Origin: Caldisphaera sp.
GTDB lineage: Archaea > Thermoproteota > Thermoprotei_A > Sulfolobales > Acidilobaceae
Direction: 5' to 3'
NCBI GenBank assembly: GCA_049971805.1
Contig: JBMFKU010000005.1
Coordinates: 1-64,000, forward strand
DNA length: 64,000 bases
A program made the position numbers and the translations under genes. A model generated the notes under the pieces. It saw only the letters and a program-made list of their open reading frames with translations, was not told where the DNA came from and made no database searches. This document shows positions 45,535 to 56,107 of the stretch, piece after piece (position 1 is the first letter of the stretch; every line of letters begins with the position of its first letter).

Positions 45535-47345
45535 GCTTTTTCACCACCCTTTGACTTCAAGCTATCAAGCAAATTAAGGGCTTGCTTCTTAATACCTTCA
45601 ATCATTTCTAACTTATCGTTTGGTATGCTGAACCTAGCCTTTACCATATCAACATATAATCTTCCTAAGGCTTCTTTTACTCTTGAAGCTGGAATTCCAG
45701 ATTCTACTAATTGCAAAGCACCTTTATAATAGTCTATCATTAATTTCATTAATTCAACTTGTTTCTTTGGTGAGGCAAATGTATCTATAGGATCATAGGC
45801 ATTTTGCTTTAAGAATCCGTCTCTTATCAATCTAGCAACATCTAAAACTAACTTATCTCTCTCATCTAGGCTTTCAGTTCCCACTAACCTCACTATCTCT
45901 TGCAATTCATTTTCTCTTAATAGTATATCCATTAATTGGTCTCTATACTCTTTCCATTGAGGATCTACATTCTTTGCCCACCAATCTGCCACTGTATCTA
46001 CATATGAACTATAGCTTAATATCCAATTTATTGCTGGATAGTGCCTACTATAAGCTAGAGCTGTATCTAAAGCCCAAAATACTCTTGTAAATCTTCTTGT
46101 ATGAGTTGTTACAGGTTCAGTAAAGTCACCACCCGGAGGACTTACAGCTCCTACAACCGTTACACTACCAATCCTTTCTGGAGATCCAAAGGCTTTCACT
46201 CTACCAGCCCTTTCATAAAATTCCGCCAATCTCGATGCAAGATAACTTGGATAACCTTCTTCTGCCGGCATTTCTTCAAGCCTACCTGCTATTTCCCTTA
46301 AAGCCTCAGCCCATCTGCTTGTGGAATCAGCAACTAATAGTACATCATAACCCATATCTCTATAATACTCTGCAATTGTTATACCAACATAAATGCTTGC
46401 CTCTCTAGCTGCTACCGGCATATTACTTGTGTTTGCAATTAATACAGTTCTCTCCATCAACGGTTTACCAGTCCATGGATCCTTATATGTCGGGAATCTT
46501 TCTAGCACCTCTGTCATTTCATTACCTCTTTCCCCACAACCTATATAGAGTACGACATTTGCTGATGACCATTGAGCTAATCCATGCATTGTAACTGTCT
46601 TACCTGTTCCAAACCCCCCCGGTATCATACCAGTACCTCCTTTGGCCATAGGGAATAGCGTATCAATTATTCTAAGACCAGTTATTAAAGGCTCTGATGG
46701 ATCCAGCTTTAAATTGTATGGTCTTGGAGATCTAACAGGCCAATGTTGCAACATATATATTTCTTTTGTTTCCTCACCACTTTTTACTTCAGCTATAGGA
46801 TCTACTATCGTATAGTCCCCCTCTGGTGCTATCCATGTCACCTCGCCATGTATATTGGGTGGGACTAAAACCTTATGCAAAATTAACTCCGTTTCTTGAA
46901 CAAAACCTATTATATCTCCTCCAGATACTTTTTTTCCTGATATAGTATCACTAGGAGTAAAGTGCCACTTCTTGTCTCTTGGAAGAGAGCTTACATTAAT
47001 ACCTCTTTCAACAAATATGCTTCTTTTAGGAGAAGTCTTATTTAAATAATCTACTATAAAAGGTAAAGGCCTCTGAACTCCATCATATATATTTCCTAAT
47101 AAACCTGGACCCAGTTCAACACTCAAAGGTGCGCCTGTGCCTTCAACCTGTTCCCCAGGCTTTAACCCTGTTGTAGATTCATAAACCTGTATATATGCAA
47201 CGTCTCCTTTTATTCTTGTTACTTCTCCAATTAATCTTTCTCCTCCAACCCTTACCATTTCATACATCTGTATGCCAGTCATATTTTCTGCTAAAACCAA
47301 TGGGCCTGTAATCCTATTAATTCTACCTCTAACAACCATAATCAT
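45531..47345 (-). CDS. atpA: A/V-type ATP synthase subunit A (no intein)
   Basis: [22 protein letters not shown] and SPPGGDF. Confidence 0.98.
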   Translation of the reverse strand: MIMVVRGRINRITGPLVLAENMTGIQMYEMVRVGGERLIGEVTRIKGDVAYIQVYESTTGLKPGEQVEGTGAPLSVELGPGLLGNIYDGVQRPLPFIVDYLNKTSPKRSIFVERGINVSSLPRDKKWHFTPSDTISGKKVSGGDIIGFVQETELILHKVLVPPNIHGEVTWIAPEGDYTIVDPIAEVKSGEETKEIYMLQHWPVRSPRPYNLKLDPSEPLITGLRIIDTLFPMAKGGTGMIPGGFGTGKTVTMHGLAQWSSANVVLYIGCGERGNEMTEVLERFPTYKDPWTGKPLMERTVLIANTSNMPVAAREASIYVGITIAEYYRDMGYDVLLVADSTSRWAEALREIAGRLEEMPAEEGYPSYLASRLAEFYERAGRVKAFGSPERIGSVTVVGAVSPPGGDFTEPVTTHTRRFTRVFWALDTALAYSRHYPAINWILSYSSYVDTVADWWAKNVDPQWKEYRDQLMDILLRENELQEIVRLVGTESLDERDKLVLDVARLIRDGFLKQNAYDPIDTFASPKKQVELMKLMIDYYKGALQLVESGIPASRVKEALGRLYVDMVKARFSIPNDKLEMIEGIKKQALNLLDSLKSKGGEKA

Positions 47346-47944
47346 CTACCTCCAAACAATTTTTCAAATGCAACTCCTTTAAGAAATACCTCATTTTCCC
47401 TAATAATCTGATCAATGCTATAATCTATTTTTGTTGAGCCATCTCCACTCATAGCAATTACTCCTCCAATTATATTTATGCTTTCTTTTGAGACCTCTAT
47501 ATTTTTATATTGAGCTGAGATCTTTTTTGCTAAATTTATATCATCATTTGATACATACAATATCAATCCTCCATAACTTTCTGCTTCTGTTGATATTGCT
47601 TCTATTACTTTCTTCATAAAGTTGACATACCACTCCTCATTTTTTTGGGACTTTATTGAATCCAAGGCTTCTTTAAAAGCATTATTAATTATTTGATTTC
47701 TTCTTTCTGATACCTTTTTTCTAACATCTAACTGTAGGCTTGCTTCAGCACTTTTTAATAGCTCCGAAATTTCTTGATACTTTTCATTAATTCCTTTTTG
47801 TAATTCGTTTAAAGCCTCTTGATAAGAATCGTTTAAGAGTTTGAGAGATGCATTATACGCATCATCTATAACTTTCATTGACTCAGGCAATTTCCTTTCT
47901 ATTATTTCCTCAGCAACTTTTTTTGGATTCCCCGAACTCGGCAA
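47342..47944 (-). CDS. atpE: A/V-type ATP synthase subunit E
   Basis: Helical N-terminal half, [16 protein letters not shown], ending LFG; directly upstream of subunit A. Confidence 0.88.
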   Translation of the reverse strand: MPSSGNPKKVAEEIIERKLPESMKVIDDAYNASLKLLNDSYQEALNELQKGINEKYQEISELLKSAEASLQLDVRKKVSERRNQIINNAFKEALDSIKSQKNEEWYVNFMKKVIEAISTEAESYGGLILYVSNDDINLAKKISAQYKNIEVSKESINIIGGVIAMSGDGSTKIDYSIDQIIRENEVFLKGVAFEKLFGGR

Positions 47945-47950
47945 AGCTAA

Positions 47951-48277
47951 TCACCCCATTCCTAATGCTTCAGCAAGAAGTTTATCTATATTAATGGGTT
48001 CTGCCTTAGACCATTTAGTAGGCAAAATTAATATAGTCAAATTTAATGCAGAAGCTATTTTTCTTATGGATTTTTCATCGGTAACCAAATGCTTTAATAT
48101 TATTGCCATGTTTGCACCATTATCTTTTGCTATTTTTAATTTATTTTCAACTTCTTTTTGAGAATTAGCTTCAATTGTAGGTATACCAGCAATTCTAAAT
48201 AAATTAATGCTAACCTTATCACCTATAATATAAACTTTACCCTCAACACTCAATTTATACTCCCACTTATAAATCAT
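47951..48277 (-). CDS. atpF: A/V-type ATP synthase subunit F
   Basis: KVYIIGD...FRIAGI...ILP...ALG. Confidence 0.88.
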   Translation of the reverse strand: MIYKWEYKLSVEGKVYIIGDKVSINLFRIAGIPTIEANSQKEVENKLKIAKDNGANMAIILKHLVTDEKSIRKIASALNLTILILPTKWSKAEPINIDKLLAEALGMG

Positions 48278-48596
48278 ATTAAAATAGTTTTTTAAGCTTA
48301 AATAATCGGTCCATAATAATAAATATTAATTAAAAATTTAATCATTTTTCGAAGTCTCATATTCATAATCTATTAATCCATTATAATATATCAAAATTTT
48401 TTAATTTTAACTTTTATATAATATCAGTTTAAGAGCAGTTTTCTTATTATAAAAATTATGCTAATTAGGAAAATCTTAAAATAATATTTGTTCTTATTAA
48501 ATCTTATTGAAATTTAAGCAAAAAAGATTCATAATACCTTTTACTTTAAAATTTTATATTCTTAAGAGGTTATTTTCTATTCAGACACGGACTCGA

Positions 48597-50660
48597 GTGG
48601 TGCCAAGCTTGTTCGTTCCCAATAGAGTCGAAGAAGTGCTGATAGTTGTGCCAAATAGCCTTTATGATAAGGTAGTTGCTGACATATCTACATCAGGTAT
48701 TTTCCATATAGAACAGCCTACAAAAGAGCTTAATAGATATTCCACCAAAACATACAGATCTGCCTCAGGAATAGCATCTGAAAGAAAAGCAAGGCTTGAA
48801 GGCTATTTTAAAATACTTGACACGGAACCACAACTAATAGAAGGTATTGATTTAACAATATCAGATTGGCTGGAATTTTTAAATCAAACAATAAATCAAA
48901 ATGCAAATCTTGAAACAGAATTTGAAAAGGAATCAACAAAAATTAACGATTTAAAAAACAGACTGGTTGATTTAAATGAGTTAAAGAATCTTCTATCTGC
49001 AGTTTCCTATATTGATAAAGATATAAGAAGTCCATATCAAGCCAAAAACATATCATTTATTATAGGTACAATTCCCAAAGAGGTTATAGAAAGTGTTAAA
49101 AAAATCTCTTCAGATCTAAACATAATAATTTCAATAGACGAAATAGAGGGAGAAAAAGACATTATAGGTTTAGCTGGTATGCCAGAAAATGTTAAGAAAG
49201 CCTTAAATGAAATAAACAGATTAGGATTTACACCGATAGCTATCAGAACAGAATTTTCTGGCATACCAAGTATTGCTATAAAAGAAATAAACGATGAAAT
49301 AAATAATATAAACGATGAAATAAATCAGATTAAACAAAAACTTAACTTAAAAATCAATGACCTAAAGATTTATTATACAAAAATTTATGTATTGAACGAA
49401 GTATTTAAAATATTAAATAACACAGCATCGACTGAAACAGCATCTTTTGTTCATGGATTTGTTGATGCTAAAGAATCTAAGCAACTAAAGACAATACTTA
49501 ATAATTCGACCCAAGGAGCATATATGCTATATAGTCTTGGAATAAAAAGAGGAGAAAAAGAAATACCAACAAAAATGGATATACCTAAGGCATTTAAACC
49601 GTTTGAATCTATATTAAAAATGTATGGAACTCCAAACTCTGATGAAATAATACCTACAATTTTTATGGCAATTACAATGCCAATAATATTTGGTCTAATG
49701 TTTCCAGATATCGGCCATGGTTTGTTAGTTTTACTATTCGCTTTATTTTATTTAATGCCTAGAAGTAAAGATATAGGAAAGGTAGTTGCCATATTGGGTA
49801 TAGCAGGTATGATAACTGGATTTTTAGCATCTGAATTCTTTGGCCCTATACCAGCAGAATTTTTACACTTAGATCTATTATGGCATAGCATTGGATTAAA
49901 AGCAGCTCCTTTAGAATCTCCTGTAGATGTATCAATTACTGGTGGATCATCATCTTTAATGAGTAGCTTATTTGCTGAAGCGATGGATATTTCATTTTGG
50001 GTAGGAGCATTTATGCTAATTTTTGGCACCCTTTTAGGAATAATAAACAGCTATCTAAAGAAAGATTACGAAGATATGATAGGAGAAAAGGTACCAATGT
50101 TTTTACTTTTTACTTCAGCAACTTCTCCTTTTTTAATTTATTTTAATGTATATAAAGCTGGTACAATAATAAAAACAGCAATATTCGGAGTTGGCAGAGG
50201 GGGGCCATTTGAGGCGTTTGTGTTTTATGGAGCAATAATTGCGTTAATTTGGATTCTTTTTGGAAAAGGTATAGTTAGAGCTGCGATGGGTGAAGGGTTT
50301 AAGCTAAATCCAATGGAATCATTCATAGGTATGTTTGAAGCAATGTTACTTGCATTAGGTAATACTATAAGCTTCCTAAGAATACTGGGTCTTAGCCTTG
50401 CCCATTCAGGACTAATGGTCGGGTTTACCATACTTGCTTTAGTAATAGATCCTGTTGGACTCAGGAATCCATTAATGTTTATAGGAGCTGTAATAATCTA
50501 TATATTAGGTAATTTACTAACAGCTGGATTGGAAGGAATAGTAGCATTCGCCCACGATCTAAGATTGCACTTTTATGAATGGTTTAACAAATTTTATACA
50601 GGTCATGGAGTATCATTCCAGCCAATAAAATTACCAAAAGTAAATATAACGTTCCATTAA
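48597..50660 (+). CDS. atpI: A/V-type ATP synthase subunit I (a)
   Basis: Soluble N-domain, YGTP, FGLMFPDIGHG, SFLRILGLSLAH and RLHFYEWF. Start is likely the GTG at 48597 or 48600 rather than 48507. Confidence 0.95.
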   Translation: MVPSLFVPNRVEEVLIVVPNSLYDKVVADISTSGIFHIEQPTKELNRYSTKTYRSASGIASERKARLEGYFKILDTEPQLIEGIDLTISDWLEFLNQTINQNANLETEFEKESTKINDLKNRLVDLNELKNLLSAVSYIDKDIRSPYQAKNISFIIGTIPKEVIESVKKISSDLNIIISIDEIEGEKDIIGLAGMPENVKKALNEINRLGFTPIAIRTEFSGIPSIAIKEINDEINNINDEINQIKQKLNLKINDLKIYYTKIYVLNEVFKILNNTASTETASFVHGFVDAKESKQLKTILNNSTQGAYMLYSLGIKRGEKEIPTKMDIPKAFKPFESILKMYGTPNSDEIIPTIFMAITMPIIFGLMFPDIGHGLLVLLFALFYLMPRSKDIGKVVAILGIAGMITGFLASEFFGPIPAEFLHLDLLWHSIGLKAAPLESPVDVSITGGSSSLMSSLFAEAMDISFWVGAFMLIFGTLLGIINSYLKKDYEDMIGEKVPMFLLFTSATSPFLIYFNVYKAGTIIKTAIFGVGRGGPFEAFVFYGAIIALIWILFGKGIVRAAMGEGFKLNPMESFIGMFEAMLLALGNTISFLRILGLSLAHSGLMVGFTILALVIDPVGLRNPLMFIGAVIIYILGNLLTAGLEGIVAFAHDLRLHFYEWFNKFYTGHGVSFQPIKLPKVNITFH

Positions 50661-50877
50661 TTTTTTTAAGAATAACATCTGTTTTTATAAATTTCTTATT
50701 AAAACATAACAAATAGCGACAAGCCTTGCTCTTTGATCAGAATTAAAAAACTTTAAAATAAACTCATAAAAAACTTGGTAATTCTATTGAAGGATAGATT
50801 AAAAATTTAAAAATGTAAAGATATAAACAAACAAATGAATCGCCTTTGCTAATAAAGGTGTCCATAAACATAAAACA

Positions 50878-51177
50878 TTAAAGAAAGTTAGCTTGAAGAA
50901 GAACTTTAATTGGTATTACTTGTTTTAGCCCAGAAGGAGTATATCTTATAATAGACACTGGCAATATACCATTTTCTACTTCATATTTTGCTATCTCTAC
51001 AGGATCGCTAGAATTTATTACTTCAGGTTTAATTAATGGGGGTGCATTATGTGTTAATTGCAACGACCTAATACCTATTATTTTTGCTTTTTCATATTTT
51101 GTTAGATAAGGTGGCCCTATTTCTATATCCTCTCTTATTTTTGGATAAGTCATATATGTCCCTGACACTTGTCTCAC
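50878..51177 (-). CDS. rpoK: RNA polymerase subunit K (Rpo6)
   Basis: PPYLTKYEKAKIIGIRSLQL...AP...IAKYE...P.SIIRYTP. Confidence 0.93.
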   Translation of the reverse strand: MRQVSGTYMTYPKIREDIEIGPPYLTKYEKAKIIGIRSLQLTHNAPPLIKPEVINSSDPVEIAKYEVENGILPVSIIRYTPSGLKQVIPIKVLLQANFL

Positions 51178-51478
51178 CTATGTATCCTTTAATAATTTCT
51201 ATTATTTTAGGGTTAAAAACTAAGTGTTTTTAGATATTTGCTCTATTAGATCATCGACTCTTCATGCTCTAAAGGCTTGCCCCCTGAGATCTTAATAATA
51301 CTCCTTATCGATATTAAGTTAACTAAGAAAAAACATCTTTATCCTATCATATTCATCTTAAATATAATTAAAAGCTTTGCCCCGTCATAAGATGTATCTT
51401 TTTTACTTTGTCATAAAGATTTTAGCATAAAATACTTTAAAAGGGTATCATAATAATATAAATAAAGGATGAATTACT

Positions 51479-51856
51479 ATGAAGAAAATATCATTAAAAA
51501 TTGATTTGGGAAAATATATGAGTGTGAAATTACAACTGGATGAAGCTAAAAAACTCTTAGAGGAGATAGTAAAAGAGTTAAATATAAAATCAAAAGATAT
51601 AAATGAATCTTTTAGGATATTAAATAATTTTGATGAATTTTATTCATATCAGCAAAAGAAATTTAAAGATTATTTAACACCAGATAAAGATGTAAGCGAT
51701 ATGATTAAAGGAGCAGTAGTTGTAGATAATTTAAAACTTTTAAAAGAAGATAAGAAAAAATATGTAGTAATTACATTTGATAGAAGATTAAAGGAAGACA
51801 TTATAATAAAATCTCTAAAATTAATTGGATATGAACCTGTTATAGAAGGCAGTTAA
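51479..51856 (+). CDS. hypothetical protein
   Basis: 125-aa ORF with native-looking codon usage; no motif recognised. Confidence 0.72.
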   Translation: MKKISLKIDLGKYMSVKLQLDEAKKLLEEIVKELNIKSKDINESFRILNNFDEFYSYQQKKFKDYLTPDKDVSDMIKGAVVVDNLKLLKEDKKKYVVITFDRRLKEDIIIKSLKLIGYEPVIEGS

Positions 51857-51922
51857 CCTTTTTTAAATTAAAGTATGCATAGCATTTTAGCTTAATAATA
51901 AATAGAATATTGTTATAAACGA

Positions 51923-52306
51923 TCACTCCTTGGATTCTACATTATCTTTATTTACTTCTTTTTTCTTTCTCTTTTTTTGAGAACTCTTTGATTTCTGAGA
52001 ACCCTTTTTGCTCTTTGCTTTAATGCTTGAGCTCTTTTTCTTTGATTTCTGAGAACCCTTTTTGCTCTTTCTTGTTTTCTTTATAGAAGAACTTGAAAGC
52101 TCTGCCATCTTGACTCCAACACTTTCATCATACATGCTTTTGGCCTCATTAATACTGATTTCTCTTTGTGTTGCCCTTTCTAAAATATCAAACGAATTCA
52201 ACATAATTTCAAGCAATTCTGGACTTTCCACTTTATATTCTATAATAGATTCTGAATTTTCTTCCTCTTCTTCCTCTATTGATTCCTCATCAACAGCTTC
52301 GCTCAT
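51923..52306 (-). CDS. rpo13: RNA polymerase subunit Rpo13-like
   Basis: Acidic N-tail, core helical hairpin (LEIMLNSFDILE...EISINEAKSMYDE) and Lys-rich C-tail, the architecture of Sulfolobales Rpo13. Confidence 0.75.
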   Translation of the reverse strand: MSEAVDEESIEEEEEENSESIIEYKVESPELLEIMLNSFDILERATQREISINEAKSMYDESVGVKMAELSSSSIKKTRKSKKGSQKSKKKSSSIKAKSKKGSQKSKSSQKKRKKKEVNKDNVESKE

Positions 52307-52478
52307 TTTCCCACCTATTAGTATTTTATGCTAGGGAAATTTAATATTTTCATTTAATTTGCAGCTAATATCCTCTTCTTTTAACTTAGATAAAGAGTTT
52401 AATAAATTTGGGCTAGTCAGCAATAGAAATGGAAATACTTAGTTTTAACGACCCTTCTCTATGAAGCATACCTCTTTA

Positions 52479-52572
52479 ATGGCTAGTACTCATTAATTTA
52501 TTTTTACAATAAACCTTAAAAGCATTACCCCCAGCCCCTAGAAGGATTGAGACTTGTCATTTGTCTTGTCAG
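52479..52572 (-). mobile_element. IS200/IS605 left-end relic (dispersed repeat of 56438-56525)
   Basis: ATGGCTAGTACTCATTAATTTATTTTTA-AATAAACCT...TTACCCC... is shared with 56438-56525 and ends in GTCA after a decayed hairpin. Confidence 0.68.
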
Positions 52573-52792
52573 CTCCTAACTCCCTATAGAGTAATGTTTT
52601 CATTAGATATATGAAGTTATGAGGAAAACTACAATAATAAATTAAGGAGTACCTTTAGAAATCCTGGCCTTTATTATTATCTTTTTATTATAAGTTTAGT
52701 ATATAAGCTTTTCTCCGATAAAATAAATTAATTCGCTACTTAGCAATTTTCTATATTGATGGCTATCTATAAATAATGAGGTAAGACATCTA

Positions 52793-53140
52793 ATGTTCCA
52801 ATATGAGGATTATATTACAGATTTGAGGAGACATAGCATGGTAAATTATAATGGATTTAAAGATGAAAACTATAACAATCTTATTAGTAGGCTTAGCAAA
52901 AATGCCATGCAAGCTTTTACGGGGCTATATATTTTACTTGAAAATAGCTCAAAAAATAAATACATGATGAACTTTGCAGAGTTACTTATTAGATCTCCTG
53001 AAAATGCTAGTGAACTAGCCCATGAGATTTTAGGAGATCAATTTATTTTTGTTATAAAAGTTATGTTAAAGGATATAGAAGGAAGCGAATTAGCAAACTT
53101 CGTGTTAAGTGTTTGTAAAAGAAATTTTAGTAGTTCTTAA
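52793..53140 (+). CDS. hypothetical protein
   Basis: 115-aa ORF with a GAGGT ribosome-binding site upstream. Confidence 0.62.
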   Translation: MFQYEDYITDLRRHSMVNYNGFKDENYNNLISRLSKNAMQAFTGLYILLENSSKNKYMMNFAELLIRSPENASELAHEILGDQFIFVIKVMLKDIEGSELANFVLSVCKRNFSSS

Positions 53141-53260
53141 AATAATATTAAGATTCATATAAAATAAAACTTCTATTTTATTATTAATGGTTATTCGACA
53201 TGAAGTAATCATATAATCTTTTCTTAAAGAGCATGACTTTCAGTTTAAAAATACAAAATT

Positions 53261-54367
53261 TTAAGATGGCAAAGGTAATGTTAAAATTAATAACAAACAA
53301 TATATTATAACTGCTGATAAACCTTTATATGATATTTTATTACTTTCCATAGCTGCTCCTGGATGTTTTCCTCTAGTAATTAAAAATATAAACAGGACAA
53401 ATATTCCAAAAAGTGCAAAAGTAGAATACCATATCCCAGCCAATATTAATGCCACTATGAAAATTTGAGAAGCTACATAGTGACCTCTTTCACCCAATGC
53501 AGCTCTTAATACATGTCCTCCATCTAGTTGAGAAACAGGAATTAGGTTTAAGAAAGTTATAAAAAATACAATATATGAAGCAAACATCATGGCAGAAGGC
53601 TGTATAATATATCCTTGAGGTATCTTTTCAACATATGTTATTATGCTTAGGATTAATGGGACTAGACTTATTGTTGAAGAAGATACAGGTGAATATGGCA
53701 TTAATGTAGAGTATTTTAGTCCTATAAATGCAAAAGGTATAGCCGCCAAAAAACCAAATAATGGTCCCATCACTCCTGTTAAAGCCAATATATCATTGGT
53801 TGGAGGCACCCATTCCATATTTATTACTGCCCCAAAGGTTCCCAGAAAACCAAATTGCAATGGAGGGGCTGGTAATAGATATGGAGGACTGGCTGGAACA
53901 TTATACCTTCTCATAGTTATCCAATGACCAGCTTCATGAATCAATAAAGGTATAATCAATCCAATTAAATATGCGAAAGGACTCCATGCAAATCCTGTGT
54001 TGATAGTTTTAAAATCTAATCCTGAAATATAGACAGTTATTAATGTGGCAATAGCAAGCCCTATTACAACACTTTTTTTAATCCTACTTTCTTTTTTTAC
54101 CATATAAAGCATTAATTCGTTATTTTCTTTCCTTAGTGCTACGTTAAAACTAATCTTGAATGATTCCTTGTAGAGTTTAACAAATGCAGATGATACTTTA
54201 TCCCCATCTTTTAGGCCTAAAATTTTAAATTGATAAGAATTATTATTTTTTGAAATTAACGTGACATCAAAATACTTCGAAATTATATCGTTAACTTTTT
54301 GCTCATCAAATGTGGAAATTCTGTTCACCCGGTTTATTAATTTTAGAATGCGTTTAAATTTGCTCAT
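53261..54367 (-). CDS. site-2 protease (peptidase M50)
   Basis: HEAGH, GTFGAVI, GP and NLIPVSQLDGGH. Confidence 0.93.
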   Translation of the reverse strand: MSKFKRILKLINRVNRISTFDEQKVNDIISKYFDVTLISKNNNSYQFKILGLKDGDKVSSAFVKLYKESFKISFNVALRKENNELMLYMVKKESRIKKSVVIGLAIATLITVYISGLDFKTINTGFAWSPFAYLIGLIIPLLIHEAGHWITMRRYNVPASPPYLLPAPPLQFGFLGTFGAVINMEWVPPTNDILALTGVMGPLFGFLAAIPFAFIGLKYSTLMPYSPVSSSTISLVPLILSIITYVEKIPQGYIIQPSAMMFASYIVFFITFLNLIPVSQLDGGHVLRAALGERGHYVASQIFIVALILAGIWYSTFALFGIFVLFIFLITRGKHPGAAMESNKISYKGLSAVIIYCLLLILTLPLPS

Positions 54368-54396
54368 ATTGTTTAGTTTTAATGCACTATAACTAT

Positions 54397-55254
54397 TTAT
54401 AAAAGACCTTTAATTTTTGTTGCATAATCGCAAAAATCTTCTTTAAGCATTTGCTTGTGCTTAATTATTTTATTTGAATCAGCATTTAATATATACTTTA
54501 GATATTCTTCCTCAACAAAATGCAATGACGCTGGTATTGCTAAGCTATAGGGTTCTTCCATTTTTAAATCATTATTTGCTAGTTCATGTAAAGTATTAAC
54601 GTCAACTATGTTGCTTTCTCCTGCATGAATTATTATACCTAGCAACTCGCTTAGTTCCTTAAATCCTGAAATTTCATTATTTAATTGTAACAGATAATTT
54701 ATTCCTTCACTTATCTTTAATGATTTTCCTTCTTCATCTATATCAAATAGAAAAAATGTGTGAAGATCTAAACAAAGGTTTCCATATAGCCCATATAATA
54801 TGCTATATGCCTTGGTTTTTCTCCATTTTCCTGGTATTGTTAATGTCTTTCCAAATCTATAATATTGAAGCCCTGAAATAGATTTAGCAACACATATCCC
54901 CGATACACCATTTACTATCTCACTTTTTACTCCCATTTTTTTAGCTTCTATCAATAAAGATTCATGCGTTGTTGCTATCATAGGATCTCCAAGTATTATA
55001 ATCGATACATTTTTGCTCTTGGCTAAATTAATAATTTCATTAGAGTTATTTTCTAATAAATCCCTTTTAGCTATGAAAATCTCTTTATAATCCAAGAAGG
55101 TTTTAACATAATCCAAGAAGGTTTTAACATTTGGCATTGTATAAGAGTCAACAAATATTATATCTGATGATTTTAAAACATCCTTAGCTTTTTCTGTAAC
55201 ATATTTTGGTGTTAAACCAACACCTACTAAGAATAAAACCAAAAACAGGAGCAC
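54397..55254 (-). CDS. dph5: diphthine synthase
   Basis: LVGVGL, DSYT, GDPMIATTH, GLQYYRFGKT, LHT.FLFD and LHFVEEEYL. Confidence 0.93.
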   Translation of the reverse strand: MLLFLVLFLVGVGLTPKYVTEKAKDVLKSSDIIFVDSYTMPNVKTFLDYVKTFLDYKEIFIAKRDLLENNSNEIINLAKSKNVSIIILGDPMIATTHESLLIEAKKMGVKSEIVNGVSGICVAKSISGLQYYRFGKTLTIPGKWRKTKAYSILYGLYGNLCLDLHTFFLFDIDEEGKSLKISEGINYLLQLNNEISGFKELSELLGIIIHAGESNIVDVNTLHELANNDLKMEEPYSLAIPASLHFVEEEYLKYILNADSNKIIKHKQMLKEDFCDYATKIKGLL

Positions 55255-55255
55255 C

Positions 55256-55747
55256 TTACTTTTTGCAATACCCTTCTAATTCAAGATCAAGTTTATTTAG
55301 CCACTCTTTAAGAGTATTGCATACTTCTTCTGATTCATTCTCAAAGCCTTGCCTCCTCATGGCATCTATTCCTCCCATAATTATATAGTTTATCATTGAT
55401 GTATAAATGGATATTTTATTAATTAGTTGATCCTTTAGCATTAACCAACCATTAAATGTAAGAGAATAAACTATCTTTTTTCCTCCCCTAACACCCTCTT
55501 GTTCATATGACTTGATTTCTATTAAACCTTCATTTTGCATATTATCTAACAATGGATATAAAGTACCTGCTGCTGGCTTCCATCTACCATGGGTCATTTC
55601 TTCAATTTTCTTCATTATTTCATATCCATGGCTTGGTTTTTCTGCAAGTATCCTTAAGACCAAATATAGCAGGCTTTCTCTATATGCTTTAGCACCTTTT
55701 AGTTGTGTCTCTTCATCTTCTTGTATTTTCATAAAATTGCTCACCAT
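55256..55747 (-). CDS. PadR-family transcriptional regulator
   Basis: PSHGYEIMK, GTLYPLL..M..EGLI and KIVYSLT..G. Confidence 0.92.
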   Translation of the reverse strand: MVSNFMKIQEDEETQLKGAKAYRESLLYLVLRILAEKPSHGYEIMKKIEEMTHGRWKPAAGTLYPLLDNMQNEGLIEIKSYEQEGVRGGKKIVYSLTFNGWLMLKDQLINKISIYTSMINYIIMGGIDAMRRQGFENESEEVCNTLKEWLNKLDLELEGYCKK

Positions 55748-56107
55748 TTAACAATAGTAAGAGAGGGTTTATATTGATTTCTATTATATCAGCGTATTAT
55801 CTATAAAATTTTTAATTAAAAAGTTTTTAAATAGGTGCTCAGTCCTGGTATCTATCTTCATTAATTCTGTAATACCAGCCTTCTTCATAGCACCAAATTT
55901 TTCGTGTCCTCCTAACCTTAAAGAGATATTATTTGCATTACAGCAAATTTTTGCCCTTATTATTTTATGTTTAAAGGTTTATTTTTCTATATTAACTTTT
56001 GTGCAATTACAAATTACCTTATCACTATAATTATATATCCCAAAAATTAAAACTTAAACCATAAAAGACTATAGCATGAAAGAAATTTAATAGTTCTAGA
56101 GCAGAAG

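Noticed and set aside
44140-47345. Intein in ATP synthase subunit A or B, a common insertion host
   Set aside because: Both are normal length with contiguous motifs and no splicing blocks.
55820-56045. Coding-like minus-strand fragment (RLGGHEKFGAMKKAGITELMKIDTRTEHLF)
   Set aside because: Probably a gene remnant, but it has no start and I recognise no family.
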